DNA from: Chrysomallon squamiferum | Lineage: Eukaryota > Animalia > Mollusca | DNA: 64,000 bases | Direction: 5' to 3' | Assembly: GCA_012295275.1 (NCBI GenBank) | Contig: CM022669.1 | Coordinates: forward strand, 10,726,001-10,790,000 | In this document: piece by piece, positions 1-41,488 of the stretch | Layout of the letters: each line of letters begins with the position of its first letter | How positions within the stretch are numbered: the first letter of the stretch is position 1 | The notes under the pieces: model-generated | What the model saw: the letters and a program-made list of their open reading frames with translations, nothing else | Database searches by the model: none | Told to the model about the DNA's origin: nothing | Made by a program: the position numbers and the translations under genes

Positions 1-525
1 TATTTTACGAAAACTAAAAATATGGATATTCGCTTTATATTTCTATTGGATAATTTTCTTCAGTTTATCTACATTTTTTTTTATTTTTCTTTATTTCATC
101 TTTGTACCATTTCTTTTTCAATTACACAGGTTGAGGTGTTCACGGTCTTCTAAACACAACAGTTCATTATAATGATGTCCTATAGTTTATTCAATTAATT
201 TTTAGTCATTATGATAATTTTTATGTGTATTGTTAATATTGCTAATCTTTTTGTTGATGTTCATATTCATAATTTGTTTGCATTTAAATTTTAACTTTAA
301 TTTTAATTTGAATTTTGAAATATGTTTGATTTCAGATAATTTAGGTCTAAAGCGAATAAATGCATCGTTTCCAAAAGAAAATTGACTTCACCGACAAACT
401 CTGTTTATTTCCAGGTGAGATGGCAGATATATCTGTGAAACAAAATATCTGTTTATAATTTAAAACTTTATTCTATACAGTCTCATGATTTTCTCAGCTT
501 TATGACGAACTGCATGTATGATGTG

Positions 526-530
<5 letters not shown>

Positions 531-608
<78 letters not shown>
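531..608. repeat. (CT)n microsatellite
   Basis: Pure TC dinucleotide run. Similar (AG/CT)n runs occur at about 3156-3268, 4155-4247, 9326-9400, 14159-14243, 17040-17123, 18286-18385, 31408-31525, 34711-34821, 47192-47275 and 63779-63873. Confidence 0.97.
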
Positions 609-613
<5 letters not shown>

Positions 614-1782
614 TTCATTCATTACTTCTTTTACTTCACTGATCTGTATCTGTGATCTGTAACACAAAAACCGGCTTGTGGTTTTAATGCCTGAAATTGT
701 ATTATTTTGATATCGCTGTTTTATGATCAGGAATTATTATGTTGAAAAGTTTATCACACAGTTGTATTCCTGTGTCTAACAGCGAGCCTGCTAATTAGAA
801 AATAATAGACTGTGATTTCTTCTGCAGTCTGAAAAGTAGAAAAATACGGTAATTTAATTTAGCCGAGATCAGTTAAAATCAGGTTTGGTCAGGATCTGAA
901 ATAAAAAAAAATAAAAATAATTAAAAAAAATCAAACAAAAAAAACAAAAACACAAACATCAAACAAAAAATAAATAATCATAAAAAATAAAAATAAAAAT
1001 AAACCAACCCTCACCCCCAAAAAAAAAAAAAAAAAAAACAACAATAAATACAACAAACTCACAAATTAACAGTAACAGTATTTTAATAGCAATATTTTAT
1101 TTCCACGAACTTCTATATATTTTTAGCATGTCTCACCGAAAGGTTTATGTTACGCTTAATAAAGCACAAAGCGTAATACAAATCTAAAGCTTAATACAAA
1201 TTAACATTGATGAAATAACTTCACTGATTAACTAATGATATAAACATATACACAAAAATATTTATACCTATACACCCATTAACAACAAACTTTGCAAAAC
1301 AGTTCTCAGTATTAATGGTAAAGTAATATATTTAGTTATTAACTTTAATACTGCTTCGATTGATTAATGTTTTTGTTTTGTTTTTCAGGTGATCTTATTT
1401 CTAATTATTATTTATTTGCCTCTTTACTCTTTCTTTCTTGTTTGTTTGTTTCTTTGGCCTGATGAGGTAGAAACTATAAGATGCTTTGAAGGATCGTTCG
1501 TTTCAGTTTCTGTATTAAACATTTTCTAGTACACGATTTTGCTTCAGAATCCGAAACAGTTTATTCTTATGAAAATAATATATCGTCATTAATTCAACAG
1601 TGCTGCGTGAATTTTAATTCCTATTAAAATAAAGACGCTCTTGTGCAAAATAATTCTAATAAATAGGTTGCCAGCACAAATGTAAAAATATATAATAATA
1701 TGTTTTTAAAATCTGTACACGAACTAAAAAACCAGATAAAAGCAGCAAAAACATTTACAGGATGAATCCACTTCGTCCTTTG

Positions 1783-2970
1783 TCAGTGGTTTTCTATCTC
1801 AACGCTGGACGTGCGGGAAAATATATCCTTCAGTCGCTGTCGAAACAGAGAATTCAAACCAACGTAGAGAAAGAAGTTAATGGAATGGTTGATCATCTCA
1901 CACACGCGAGAGAATGTGTCAAACACAGCCAAGAGATCGTTGTCAAATAAATCAGGACGGAACTGTCGAACGTATTTCATGTTGAAGACAATAAACAGCG
2001 GCAGGACGAGGATTATGTAAGACGTGTGGACGCTCACCAACATGGCGGACACTTTGGTGTAGGGGTCGGCCAGGTTTGACCTCGTTGACATTTGAGACCT
2101 CGCTCTCTTCTGTCTGATGAGAGTGATGCAGATGACTAGAGTCAGAATGATCAGAATGGTCATGGGCAGAATAGCTGACATGCAGGTTACAAGCAGAATC
2201 ATTACTGTGCCTCGCACCCTCGTCTCGCTGGTTATAATACTCTGCAGACACACTGCTCTGCGCACGCCGACGTTCATGGCTGACGCTGCGCCGACTACGA
2301 CGGCAACGAAACAAACTACACAGATGAACGAGACTGTGTTTCGTTTTGTGCACATCGCTTTGGCTTTGAGAGGCAAGCAGATAGCTATGAAGCGCTCGAT
2401 GCAAATGAGGACAACCAACCAAGAGGAGACCATCTTGTTGCTTCGCCGAATGAAGTGGAAGATCTTACAGCCGATGTCCGAGATGGCGAAAATGTCCCTG
2501 CCAAACAGATCCAAGAAGAACTTTTTGTCGATGGCTATAGCAAACAGTGCTGTGGTGTCGGCGATGGCGAGGGCAATCAGAGTGATGCTGAATGTCATTC
2601 TTCTGAATGGCAAATTAACCATGGTAACGAAGGTCAAAGTGTTGCCTGCAAGACCTATGAAGAAACAAATGGGAACGCAAACCAGGTACACATTGTATAT
2701 TGCAACATCTGTGGAGAATTCCTTGGAACCAGATCTGTAGAAAATATCGTCGCTGACTTCCTCTGAATCTTCGGGTGATTTTTCTTCAGGCTGAGTCGCT
2801 GTCGGTGTGATTACTGGTGTGTTGTTACTGGTAACTGAAACGTCTGCTTGCGTTATAGTCATTGTAGTGATGTAGTCATTGCTCGCTGTAGATAGATTCT
2901 TGTTTAGTAAAACATTTACGACCATATTTGTCATCACCACTATTCTGAAACAGCCTTTTAGAAACACCAT
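1783..2970 (-). CDS. Rhodopsin-like (class A) GPCR, peptide-receptor-like, intronless coding region
   Basis: 395-aa ORF with seven hydrophobic segments, GN in TM1 (GLAGNTL), LAxAD in TM2 (LAIADT), Cys at the top of TM3, ERF motif (CIERFIAIC) and NHSINFFLY in TM7. Ser/Thr-rich N-terminus with N-x-S/T sites. The true start may be a later Met. Confidence 0.93.
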   Translation of the reverse strand: MVFLKGCFRIVVMTNMVVNVLLNKNLSTASNDYITTMTITQADVSVTSNNTPVITPTATQPEEKSPEDSEEVSDDIFYRSGSKEFSTDVAIYNVYLVCVPICFFIGLAGNTLTFVTMVNLPFRRMTFSITLIALAIADTTALFAIAIDKKFFLDLFGRDIFAISDIGCKIFHFIRRSNKMVSSWLVVLICIERFIAICLPLKAKAMCTKRNTVSFICVVCFVAVVVGAASAMNVGVRRAVCLQSIITSETRVRGTVMILLVTCMSAILPMTILIILTLVICITLIRQKRARSQMSTRSNLADPYTKVSAMLVSVHTSYIILVLPLFIVFNMKYVRQFRPDLFDNDLLAVFDTFSRVCEMINHSINFFLYVGLNSLFRQRLKDIFSRTSSVEIENH

Positions 2971-3153
2971 CTTTTTGACTTCCCTAAAAATAATTAAATT
3001 TAATTACATTGAAGATCCTGATGCGAATGATGTGCTTTTGAATTATAGAAATACATACATTTTATATATTTATGATTATTCATTCGTTATACCTATTTCA
3101 CTATCACAGAAGAAGACGGAGAAAGAAAGGCGAGAAACATAAATATAGATACG

Positions 3154-3272
<119 letters not shown>

Positions 3273-4149
3273 GCAGTTAATATTTTTCTATAATATTATC
3301 AGTATGGATTCATCGTGGATAATTAAAGACTTTAACTGTTTAATTTGTTTAATTGGAGTTTTCCGCTTTCTGTAAAACATTAAAGAATGGTATAAAATTT
3401 TGCTAAATTAAAAAATATACATACAAAAAGAAATATCGAAAAAGTAAACTATATATGCTAAAGAATACAATTTGTAATTTACCTTCTTTTCTTCTCTTGT
3501 TTAACACTGCTAATTTACTTCGTCAAGACAAACTGCTATAACAGTTCCTTTCTCTAATATAACAGACAGAATTATGAATTTAAAAATAATTGTAACTTAT
3601 CCATTTGATGCTTTATCTATGTCTTCTGTTTCATCAATCTCCCCAAGAATGTTTCTGACAACTAAAAAATTTCTCTCGAGAAAATAAAGTGAACAGGAAA
3701 AAACTGAAAGTTTTATAATGCACTAGGTCGAGGTTAAATATTTACACATCATAATCATTATTCAGCATTAGTATTTTAGTGTAATGCTTTTACTTAATCC
3801 TAATACTTTCATTTCTGATATTGGCATGGTGAAAATGAGAAAGGCTAGACGTTTTATGCTAATGGCAAAGCGGATATAAAGATATACTCTTCGTAAAAGT
3901 TAAAGGCTGTTTACTTAAGCTAAATTGCTGAATATTACTTAAGAAACTACTTCTTTATCAGTGGTGATACTTATATTTCACAAGAAAGGAAAGAAATTAC
4001 TTTAATTTGATTATAGTTTCAACTGGAAATTTGAAACCAACAAGGTTGAAAAATTATGTAAAATCATAATTGGACATAAGAAATGGGTTTTTTTTTCTTT
4101 CTTACAGTTTGTTATGTCTTAGTATTATTTTTTAAATTAAATTTAGTAC

Positions 4150-4251
<102 letters not shown>

Positions 4252-5183
4252 GTCTGTCTGTATGTATGTCTGTCCGGGTGTCTCTCTCTTTGAACGAAAC
4301 TGTAAACTGTCCAGCACTGTTGATTAAAACATTATTACACAGTTTTATTCTTAAATTCATAATGACCGTGTTTTGTGGAAAATAAAAATAAAATAAAATA
4401 ATGACGGACTAGACGGTTTAATAAGAATAGCGTTAATTGTAACCTGTTATTTGTAAATTAATCGTTGTTGATATTTTCTCAAAAATGGCTTTACATTGAA
4501 ACAAACTGAATTTAATATTCATAATATTATATCACTTTAAATACATTGTGTAACAAGAGTCAAGCGCTTACATAACTGCTATCATTTACTAAAAACTGTG
4601 TGAGTATCATTATTTATAAAACTGTTGCAAAATACTGTTTTACAACACTATCGATCTTTCTACAACGACACAAGACTGAATATCTAACGACGTCGTAGCA
4701 TTAAAAACACATCAATCCAGTACATTACTGATATGAAAGAAAATTTAACTTTCAACTTTCAGATCATTATCCAGAACCTTCTGGTATTTGTTTGCTTAAA
4801 TGCTATAGTCTCGTGTGAAATCATATTTGAAAACAGTTCTCTTCGTAAAGAAAAAAAAACAAAAAACATTGTTCTTTTATTAGAGGAATCGATATATTTT
4901 TCTTCTGATGTTGTTTAACTGTTAAACATTTCATAGCCTTATCTTGTATACTTATGTAAATTTCGTATCATCAAATAAACGTTTAGCTTTCATGCTGAAA
5001 TCCTGAACTGCAGAACAAACGTCAAGATAGAACAAAGTCCGAACAGAACATCAACCACGCGAGCTGTTTCAAACAAAACTTACTTCCAGCCTGTCATTTA
5101 GTTTTTGGATACGATGTGAATTAATTTTACAGTAATTACTATCATGTTCACTTTCTGTTATGAAAAAGAACAAACAAATAATA

Positions 5184-5257
5184 TTGGGTTGGCAACTAAG
5201 TTCCCGCCGTTTTGTTTAAATCTATTAAATTAAAAAAACGGCGGGAACTTAGTTGAA
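5184..5257. mobile_element. Tc1/mariner-type MITE consisting of two TIRs and a short AT spacer
   Basis: Perfect 21-bp inverted repeat CAACTAAGTTCCCGCCGTTTT (5193-5213 and 5235-5255). The left end reads TA|TTGGGTTGGCAACTAAGT, resembling mariner TIR ends. The right end lacks 7 nt (CCAACCC) but finishes AA|TA, so TA flanks both sides. Confidence 0.7.
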
Positions 5258-5280
5258 TATATTGTATATGTGTGTGTGCA

Positions 5281-5324
<44 letters not shown>

Positions 5325-5523
5325 TCTATTTGTATATAGTTATTTAGTTATTTTACGAAATTAAACACGAATGTAAGAAAAAGGTATGCATATATTGCAT
5401 GAATGGACGGAATCAACAAGCATTATCACATATTACGGTGTTCAGTGTACCAGTCATGGGCATGGTTAGACTGGGAAATAGCACAAAAGACGAACTGGGA
5501 AAGCAGCATTCTACAGAAATAAC

Positions 5524-5566
<43 letters not shown>

Positions 5567-5947
5567 GTTGTTGTTGTTGTTGTTGTTGTCGTCGTCGTCG
5601 TCGTTTTGCTGATAATAATGGACATGAATACGATAATGTTTCTGCTACTGTACTGAAAATAGTACAGCACACATTAAACACGTGTTCTCACAAGAAAATT
5701 TACAAGCAACAAGAAGGTCAAGGCTGTTTTCTGCTCACTAACAGTCTTCAAATTCCCATTTTAGACGTGACAGTGCGTATGTGAGCTCTTTTGTCATCGG
5801 CCGAAATAGCACGTCTGTCTTTGAAGGGGCGGCAACTCTTTGTTAAGCAAGACAATCATAACGTTATCATTGATTCATGATGACTGAAAATAGAAATATA
5901 ACTTTAAAATTTTTTAACTTAGGTACTGAAGAATTCGGGAAGAGCAC

Positions 5948-5978
<31 letters not shown>

Positions 5979-6411
5979 CATTATTATTAATATTATTGTT
6001 GTTGTTGTTGTTGTTGTTGTTTGTTGTTTGTTATTATTATTTCTGCTTTTTGTTGTTGCTGTTGCTGCTGCTGTTGTTGTTACTGTTGTGATCATTATTA
6101 TCATGATCGTCATCATAATCGTAATGTATGACATCCTCATTATTAGTATTAGTAGTAGTAGTACTGTTGTTGCTGCTGTTGTTCTCGTTTTCTCTTTTGT
6201 GTAATTACCGTGGTTGTCGCTACGTGCATTTTATCAACACCATGCCCGTGTGATAATAACTGGGTCATTCTCAGATTTTGTCAAACTTGAAACACAAAGA
6301 GTTAACTCTAAACTGTTAGCATACACAACTAATTAGTCATGTCGATCAAATTACGATCGCTTTGTTCCGACACAAGAAAAAAGACTAGACTTGACTTTAA
6401 CAGTGCAAATT

Positions 6412-6465
<54 letters not shown>

Positions 6466-7536
6466 TATATAAATGTGTATGTGTTTGTTTGTGTTAGTTA
6501 TGTTATATATATTTGTATATATGTGTTTGTGTGTGTGCGTGTGTGTGTATATATACATGCATGTATTAAAACATTTAAAGCCCTAGTTTACAGACGACAC
6601 CCACACGAGAGAGATGACTTACAATTACAACCACAGTCGTTAGTCAGCCAGTGTTCAAGAGGATTTTTTTTTTTTTTAATGTCACGGTTTAATTTCGAAA
6701 TCTATATACATAAATGCTTTATCGCTTCATCAAAAATACCAATCTGTTCCCAGTGAAATTATATTCATTTAAATAATTTAAAAACACGTTTAAAGTCACT
6801 CGCACGTTTTATTCCCATAATATTTGGATCTGAATAATAAAATAAAATTTCAAATAAACAAATAAATAAATAAATAAATATTAATAAAATGCTATAAAAT
6901 ATAGATAATATCTATACAGTTAGACCATTATTTTTTTTATTAGTACTCTATTTTTTCTTTCGTCGTGGCTTAGGTAAAAACGCATTTGCTGTTTGCTATT
7001 TTACTTTCAGGAAATAGCCCTGAGCAAGTCTGTGTCACTGTGGCTTGAGAAACTGGGACTGTGTTCTGTGATTGTCAACGTGATAATTATTTTGCAGTAA
7101 ATGTTACAGTCACGATATTTTGTATTTCTAAATTGTCTTAACTGTACCTTCAGGTATTTATTTATTTATTTATTTATTTATTTTAAATTTGTATATAATT
7201 TCTTTCATTGTTTATATATGCTTTCATACATTTGTGTATGTGTTTATATATATGTATGTCTGTCTCTATGTATATAAGTATATATATGCCTGTGTATAAT
7301 TATGTATGTGTTTATCTACGTATATATTACAAAGTCACGGTTTGGTGTTCTGTATGATGTGTGTGTATGTATGTTTGTATGTATGTATATGTGTGCGCGC
7401 GTGTATGCATGTATTGATTAATGCATGGATGCTTGTAATAATTATGTATGTGTTTATCTACGTGTATATAAAAAAGTCACGGTCTGGTGACCTGTATAAT
7501 ATGTATAATACGTATGTATATATATATGTATGTATG

Positions 7537-7567
<31 letters not shown>

Positions 7568-7956
7568 ATATATATGTATGTATGTATGTATGTATATATG
7601 TATGTATGTATGAATGTATTTATGAATGAATGTATGTGTATGTATGCATGTGTATGTATGTATGTATATATGTAAAGTATGTATGAATGTATGCATGCAT
7701 ATGTGTGTTAGTTTGCATGTGTATATGTCAGTATATATGTGTGAATGTATATATGTGTAACACGTTTCAATGTGTATATGTGTGTATGTATGTATGAATG
7801 TATGTATGTATACATGCATGTGTGTATATATATATATATATGTATGCATGAGTGTGTGTGTGTGTGTGTCTTCATCTATATAATGTAGATGTTTAGATAT
7901 ATATCTCATATATTTTTTTGAATCAGACTTTTCTTTTCTTTCCTCAGTTTACAGTT

Positions 7957-8958
7957 ATGACGGCGGGCAACAGAACAGGTAATTCCAGTGAGTGGTGGCT
8001 GACGCCTTCACTTCGAGACATCTTCATCATTGCTGGAGGCCTTGGCATCTTCAACATCGTCTGCATCTTGTTAACGAACACCGTGCTCATTGTCACCATC
8101 TCCACAACGAAAAAACTCAGATCCGTTCTAATCAACCAGCTCATCATCAGCGTGGCCGTGTGCAACTGGATCCTCGGAGCGGTGTGGTGTCCCATGAAGA
8201 TCGACTACATCTTCTTAGAGAAGTGGAGGTTCGGATGCTGGATGCACGTCGGCTTTCAGATGTACGAAGGCTACATCCAGATTTTCGTGACCACCTGGGT
8301 GCTGGTTATTTATAACACGTGCTACATCATGGAAGTAACCAAGACGCAGACCCCGACTGTTTCTCACAACAGCTTGCTGGCTTTCAGACTGGGAATACTG
8401 GCAGCTCCGTGGCTTCTCGGCATCGCCATTATTGTTCCCGTAACCATGGCGACTCTTCGTCCGGTGTGGAACCAAGGTGCCTGGAACGAGGCTTTCTGTC
8501 CTCTGTTGCTTACAGACTGGGCGCACGTGCTTCTTCCTTGTTTCTGTTTTTTCTTCCCAGCGACAATTCTTCTCCTTCAGACTCTCTACATTTTGATAAA
8601 CCTGAACGCAAGGAGAAGAGGATCCAAGTCCTTATCGCTGGTGAGCAGAAGACTCTCCAGGAAGGTGAGTATCAGTGTAATGGCGGCCAGCTTGCTCACC
8701 GTTTTCCTGACGCTAGGGGAGGAGATCCATTACGTGGCTGTGGGCTGGATGAAATGGGACACAAGGACGAGAGCTGTTTTCTGGTTAGCCACGCAGTTCT
8801 TGGCAGACTTTCAGAAAGTAGCACTCCCGCTGGTGTGGATTTTTCTGCATGAGATCAAGGAAGAGATAAGAATGAAAATAAAATGGCGGTTGAGGGGAAG
8901 ATACATGCCAGATGATTCCATCGAAATAACGTACTACCGAAATTATTCTGAGCACTAA
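7957..8958 (+). CDS. Atypical class A-like 7TM receptor, intronless coding region, 333 aa
   Basis: ATG at 7957 follows a pyrimidine-rich acceptor ending at 7947. N-terminal NRT/NSS glycosylation sites, TM1 Asn, KKLRS loop, W-x-FG-C extracellular loop 1 (KWRFGC), extracellular loop 2 Cys and FFFP in TM5. DRY and NPxxY are not recognisable. Confidence 0.88.
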   Translation: MTAGNRTGNSSEWWLTPSLRDIFIIAGGLGIFNIVCILLTNTVLIVTISTTKKLRSVLINQLIISVAVCNWILGAVWCPMKIDYIFLEKWRFGCWMHVGFQMYEGYIQIFVTTWVLVIYNTCYIMEVTKTQTPTVSHNSLLAFRLGILAAPWLLGIAIIVPVTMATLRPVWNQGAWNEAFCPLLLTDWAHVLLPCFCFFFPATILLLQTLYILINLNARRRGSKSLSLVSRRLSRKVSISVMAASLLTVFLTLGEEIHYVAVGWMKWDTRTRAVFWLATQFLADFQKVALPLVWIFLHEIKEEIRMKIKWRLRGRYMPDDSIEITYYRNYSEH

Positions 8959-9322
8959 AGGGATTTATTAAAAAAAAAAACAAGTTTTTTGTTTCTCTAG
9001 ATTCGTTCTCTGAATGCATTTGTGACCCTTTTCCAAAAAAGGTACATTAAGACACTATTACTTATTTAGAATTCAAACTGTGAAATGATAAAAGGATATA
9101 TATGTCTTATTGATTCATGACAACTGAAAAGAAGATTATATCATTACTTCAAAGTGGAAGGCTGAAAGGTTTGTTTCGTGCCACCATCACTAAGTTTGTG
9201 GAGACCCCGACAGACACGTAGACTGTTTCACGTGAAACAATCAAAGAGAATAATTTTAACTTTTCAAATACTATATACCATTTCATGATAAATATAGCAT
9301 TTGTGCTAAATTCTTATATATG

Positions 9323-9403
<81 letters not shown>

Positions 9404-9506
9404 CATTATAATACATAATTACATACATACATACATAAATACAGATATACATACATATTTGCAATGAAATTAAACTCGTCAGTACACTGAATGTTCATTT
9501 CAAAGT

Positions 9507-9512
9507 TTTATT
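9507..9512 (-). promoter_or_regulatory. Candidate polyadenylation signal (AATAAA) of paralog A
   Basis: AATAAA on the minus strand about 95 nt after the stop codon, in a 3' block conserved downstream of paralog B (28866-28871) and in the inverted copy. Confidence 0.5.
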
Positions 9513-9607
9513 CACGAAGTATTACAATAAAACAACACTCTGAATTCGGTGTGTTTTTAATTTAATTTAATTTTCTGTTATTTGTTTTAAGTCTTTCTTT
9601 AGTTGGT

Positions 9608-25468
<15,861 letters not shown>

Positions 25469-26755
25469 CTCTGATTCTCTCTCTGTACGAAAGAAAGAAA
25501 ATAATCATGTACATAAACACAGAATTTTCCTCGAGAAGACAACTTCAAGTGAGTTTTAAAACTCGGCGTTAACTCACATTTAAATTAAATTAGTATTGAT
25601 ATTCAAATCTCGTAACAACCAGTCCGTATTAAACACATTTTAAACTGTAACAAAATCTAACTTACGTTTCATCTACTAACCCGCCAGTATGGATTCTGTT
25701 CAGAAATTTCTAGTAATAAATAAATGAAAATATCGAAGTCACACATATAACAACAACTGCTGCAACTGTTTCACATATACTAACATCAATAAAAATATAA
25801 ATATACAAAACAGACATAAAGTGGTCATAAATAGATTATAGATAGCTTAAAACAATATGTTAGCGGTATCTCTATAAATTATATAATTTTATTTGTTTTG
25901 CACATTTTTATTTCGAACGTAAACTGTTGATTGCAAAATGATTGCTGTAATCAAAAATCATATTTGAATTATTAATTTTATTTCACTGAAAAATAACCAG
26001 ACAAAGTTTTAAAATCAGCTCTATCAGTTTATAAATATCTGGGTCATCACCATCCAGTTTTCATTTTAATGCATGTACGTCTTAAAAATTGAACTTATTT
26101 ACCTTCAAATAATTTGTTTGTCATATGTTATTATTTATGTGTTTACTTTAACTAGTGTGTTCGTATCACCGCGGTTTTTCAGACATACGCACGCACACAA
26201 ACACACACATACAAACTCACACAAACACACACACACAAACTCACAAACACACAAAAGCTTGCACACCACATATACAGTTATTAAACACACTGAACTAATC
26301 ATGAGATAACACTGGCTTTATTACTATTGCTTTTATTTATTTATTTTATTTATAATTTATTTATTTATTTATTTATTTATTGGTAGATTTGTATTCTGAA
26401 CAACATTGAAATACAACCAAGAAACTGATAGATTTCGAAAAGAATAGCTGAGAAATAAATGTTGGACAGCAATCGGTGGATGAGTGACAATGACAGAATA
26501 CACATGAAAGACATATGGGGAGGCGTGTCACTATGAATATTTGAATAGCGCGAGCGACCACCATTTGCAATAACATACGTCATACCTCGACAGCTCATCG
26601 ACCCGGTAAATCAGCTTGGACTGCACGAGGAAAACAGTGGTCTAAACCTTTAGCCGACCTCTGTTCTAGGGAAACTGGATTTCAAATAAAGTGCTGAAGA
26701 AATAACGAGACTAACGTTATGTTAAAACAAACAGTGGCAATACGTTTCTATCAAC

Positions 26756-27720
26756 GGTTTATTCCCGATTCTGGCATTCTCGAATCTGGCAGTGAGATTA
26801 TAACACATCTTAATTGGACACGCCATTTGTTCCATTTCTGTCATTTTATTTCTCTCCCTTACTAATTGGTGTTCCGTCACCTTAATTGATGGCCCATCAC
26901 CTTAATTGATGTACTTTTGTTAAACTGTATTTTGTTCACAATTTGTAGAGATACTGGTCAGCTCCTCCCGTGCTCGCTTCCGCAAGGTGTTGGTCAGTAG
27001 GTGGACAGACACTTCGCTCTCATCCGAGGAATGGATGTGGTCTTTACCTCTCCTGACCACCGTCCCATCCGGTGTAGTAGTCACGGCGGCAAGGCACCTC
27101 GAATACAAACATCTCCATGGTACCGCACCATTCTTGTTACTAATCCGCCGTGCATACCTATATCCACCAAGTATGATGTCCGCGCCTGGTTTTCTGCCAA
27201 AAAAAATTTCTCCCTTCGCAGCCATGATTACACATAACAAACATCTTGAACCTTGAAAAAAATGAACTTGCTAATCACAGCAAGCTGTTGTGAAGCACGT
27301 CTACGACGGGCACGCTTTCTGACAGGTCAGCGGGCGTGTCCGTCGCAGAAAAGAGTTTTGGGTAGGGATAGAGAATGGGTTCTCGTTACGACTGCAGGAC
27401 ACAAGGGAGTGTCCAGCACATCGGATCGTAACGAACTGATGATAACAAACTGTACAGTATTTATATAGGTAGTATTTCCTGTCTCCGAATTTTATACATC
27501 TCTTAATTGATCTTGTTAACCCCACATGTCTCCAAATTTTACTGAGATTCAACATTAATTTCGTATCTCCAAAACATTGATTTTCTTGCAATCTCTATTC
27601 CGGCTCCAAAACATTTGAATTTAATGCAGTTAATCCCCCTCTGTTCTTCATGGCTCACCTCTGCCCTTTTTCACTCACCGATTACCTAATCTGGAGACTG
27701 CCACTTTTGGGAAATCAACC
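26756..27720 (-). mobile_element. Non-autonomous Mutator-like DNA transposon carrying a FLYWCH zinc-finger ORF (26920-27225)
   Basis: ORF reads GYRY..WRC.YSRC.A....HIH, a FLYWCH-type C2H2 finger. Ends GGTTTATTCCCGA.. and ..GGGAAATCAACC match the termini of the copies at 33604-34409 and 36674-37231. No DDE catalytic domain seen, so the superfamily call rests on FLYWCH plus TIRs. Confidence 0.75.
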
Positions 27721-27723
27721 AGT

Positions 27724-28101
27724 GGTTTAATTCTGGCATTCCCCCAGTGAGATTATAACACATCTTAACTTCAGTTGTTCCATTTCTGGCATTTTATTTA
27801 TTACTAATTGGTGTTCCGCATTAATTGATATACTTTTTTAAACCCATTTTGTTCTATTTGAAAGCTCATTCAGTTACACTTTACACACGAAATATAGAAC
27901 ACCTCCGCAAGCTGAAATATACCTCTTAACTGATCTCGTTAACCCCTAATCTGGATTTTGCTGAGAGTTTCATGTCTCCAAACATTGAATACCTGTTCCG
28001 GCTCAATGCTATCTCGTTAACAATGCTGTTTTAATCTCGTTATTGGTCACGCCAGTTTTCCCATTTCTGGAAGCGGATTAATCACCGATAAAGACTGCCA
28101 G
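27724..28101 (-). mobile_element. Degenerate, internally deleted second copy of the same Mutator-like element, directly adjacent to the first
   Basis: Repeats CAGTGAGATTATAACACATCTTAA, GTTCCATTTCTG, TTACTAATTGGTGTTCCG and CACGCCAGTTTTCCCATTTCTGGAAGCGGATTA found in the other copies. Confidence 0.65.
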
Positions 28102-28335
28102 TTTTTTTTTCATTTTTTTCGTAACAATGCAGTTTTAATTTTTTTTTTATTTTTTTTATTTTTTTTTTTTTTTTTTTTTTTTTATTTGTTTATTTCATTA
28201 TTTATTTATTTATTTGTTTGTTTATTTGTTTATTTATTTATGTATTTATATATTTATTATTTTTGTTTTGCTAGCAGCGGTAACGGATTTCCATAAAAAA
28301 ATATATTTTAAAACCTTTATAATGCATATATAATA

Positions 28336-28550
28336 AAACCTTCTGACATTATGACGTGAGCCTACAAAAAGAAAGAAGGACAAGTGAATAACAATATATA
28401 TATATATATGTCTACACTAAACATATATTATAAATAATTAATAATACTGATGATAATAAATAAACAAATAATAATAAATAAACAAATAAACAAAAAAAAA
28501 GAATCTAACAAATACCTTATATATAAATAATAATAACGACGATGATCGAC

Positions 28551-28613
<63 letters not shown>

Positions 28614-28780
28614 TGAAAAAGAAGAAGAAGAATATCAACTCCTACAACAGTAAAATACATATTTCTTAATTTACTCTATTAGTAACTTCTACTGAGATTA
28701 CAACTGCTATGGCAAATCTATGTAACGAAAAAAAAAAACCTAGATTATAAATAGCAATAGCTATTAGTTGAAAATGACGA
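28336..28780 (-). pseudogene. Orphan relic of a C-type DUF885 last exon (5' part) and intron 16, downstream of paralog B
   Basis: AAACCTTCTGACATTATGACGTGAGCCTACAAAAAGAAAGAA matches 44391-44431, and the following intron sequence up to AGTTGAAAATG matches 44440-44855. Most of the exon is deleted. Confidence 0.8.
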
Positions 28781-28958
28781 ATATACATACATGCATATGA
28801 GAAAAGTACAAACATATTTGCAATGAAATTAAACTCGTCAGTACATTCAATGTTCATTTCAAAGTTTTATTCACGAAGAATTACAATAAAACAACACTCT
28901 GAATTCGGTGTGTTTTTAATTTAATTTAATTTTTCTGTTATTTGTTTTAAGTCTTTCT

Positions 28959-40604
<11,646 letters not shown>

Positions 40605-41488
40605 CTCTGTTTCTTTCTCTGTACGAAAGAAAGAAAATAATGATGTACACAAAGACGGAATTTTTAAGATCTGGAATTGTTTACGAAAACTGTTCAGACT
40701 CGGATTTAACTCACATTTAAATCAACTTTGTGACTGATATTCAGCCAGTAAGAGTGTTAAACGCATTCTAAATTACAGAAAAACGTAGCTTACGTTTCAT
40801 CTACCAGCCCGCCAGTTCTGATTCTGTTCAGACGTTTCAAGTAATAAATAAATACAAATGTCAACATCCGCATGAACTGCTTCACATGAATAACAACTGT
40901 TGCACGATTTCCATTTTCATACATAAACATCCATAAAAATAGCGGTTTGTAAAGTAAACATAAAGATATCATACATATTTTATATATACTTCAGATGTCG
41001 GTTATTTATTATTATACAATGTTAATGAAGTAAAAATATTGAACTAAACTGTTTTATGACTACCATATATCTGTGATATATGTTTTGTTTTTCTTTTTTC
41101 CATCATTTTTTTGTTTTGTTTTTTAAATTCTTGTCTTAGTTTCATTAATTAGGACTGATCGTGCGAAATTTTAATCTGAATATATTTTAATAATTGTTAT
41201 TTACTGAAATTTTTATTATTTAATATAAATCGCAAAAACCATTTTCAGTGATTCCACGCGGCTGAATAAAGATAATATCAACTATGGAAGTTTTTTTCTG
41301 AAACGAATCCCTGTCGATGTCACAGCCTTGCTGGAAACTTAGATTACAAAACAGTTTTTGCTGTAAACGAAAATCATGAACTGGGCAGAACGCTGCCGTT
41401 AACATGTTTGAATTATTAATTTTATTTCACTGAAATCTAAAGTTTTAAAATCCGCTCCATCACCATCCAGTTTTCATTTTAATTCATG

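Noticed and set aside
1952-2766. Alternative-frame and antisense ORFs over the first GPCR (and 7944-8852 over the second)
   Set aside because: Shadow ORFs of GC-richer coding sequence with no recognisable motifs.
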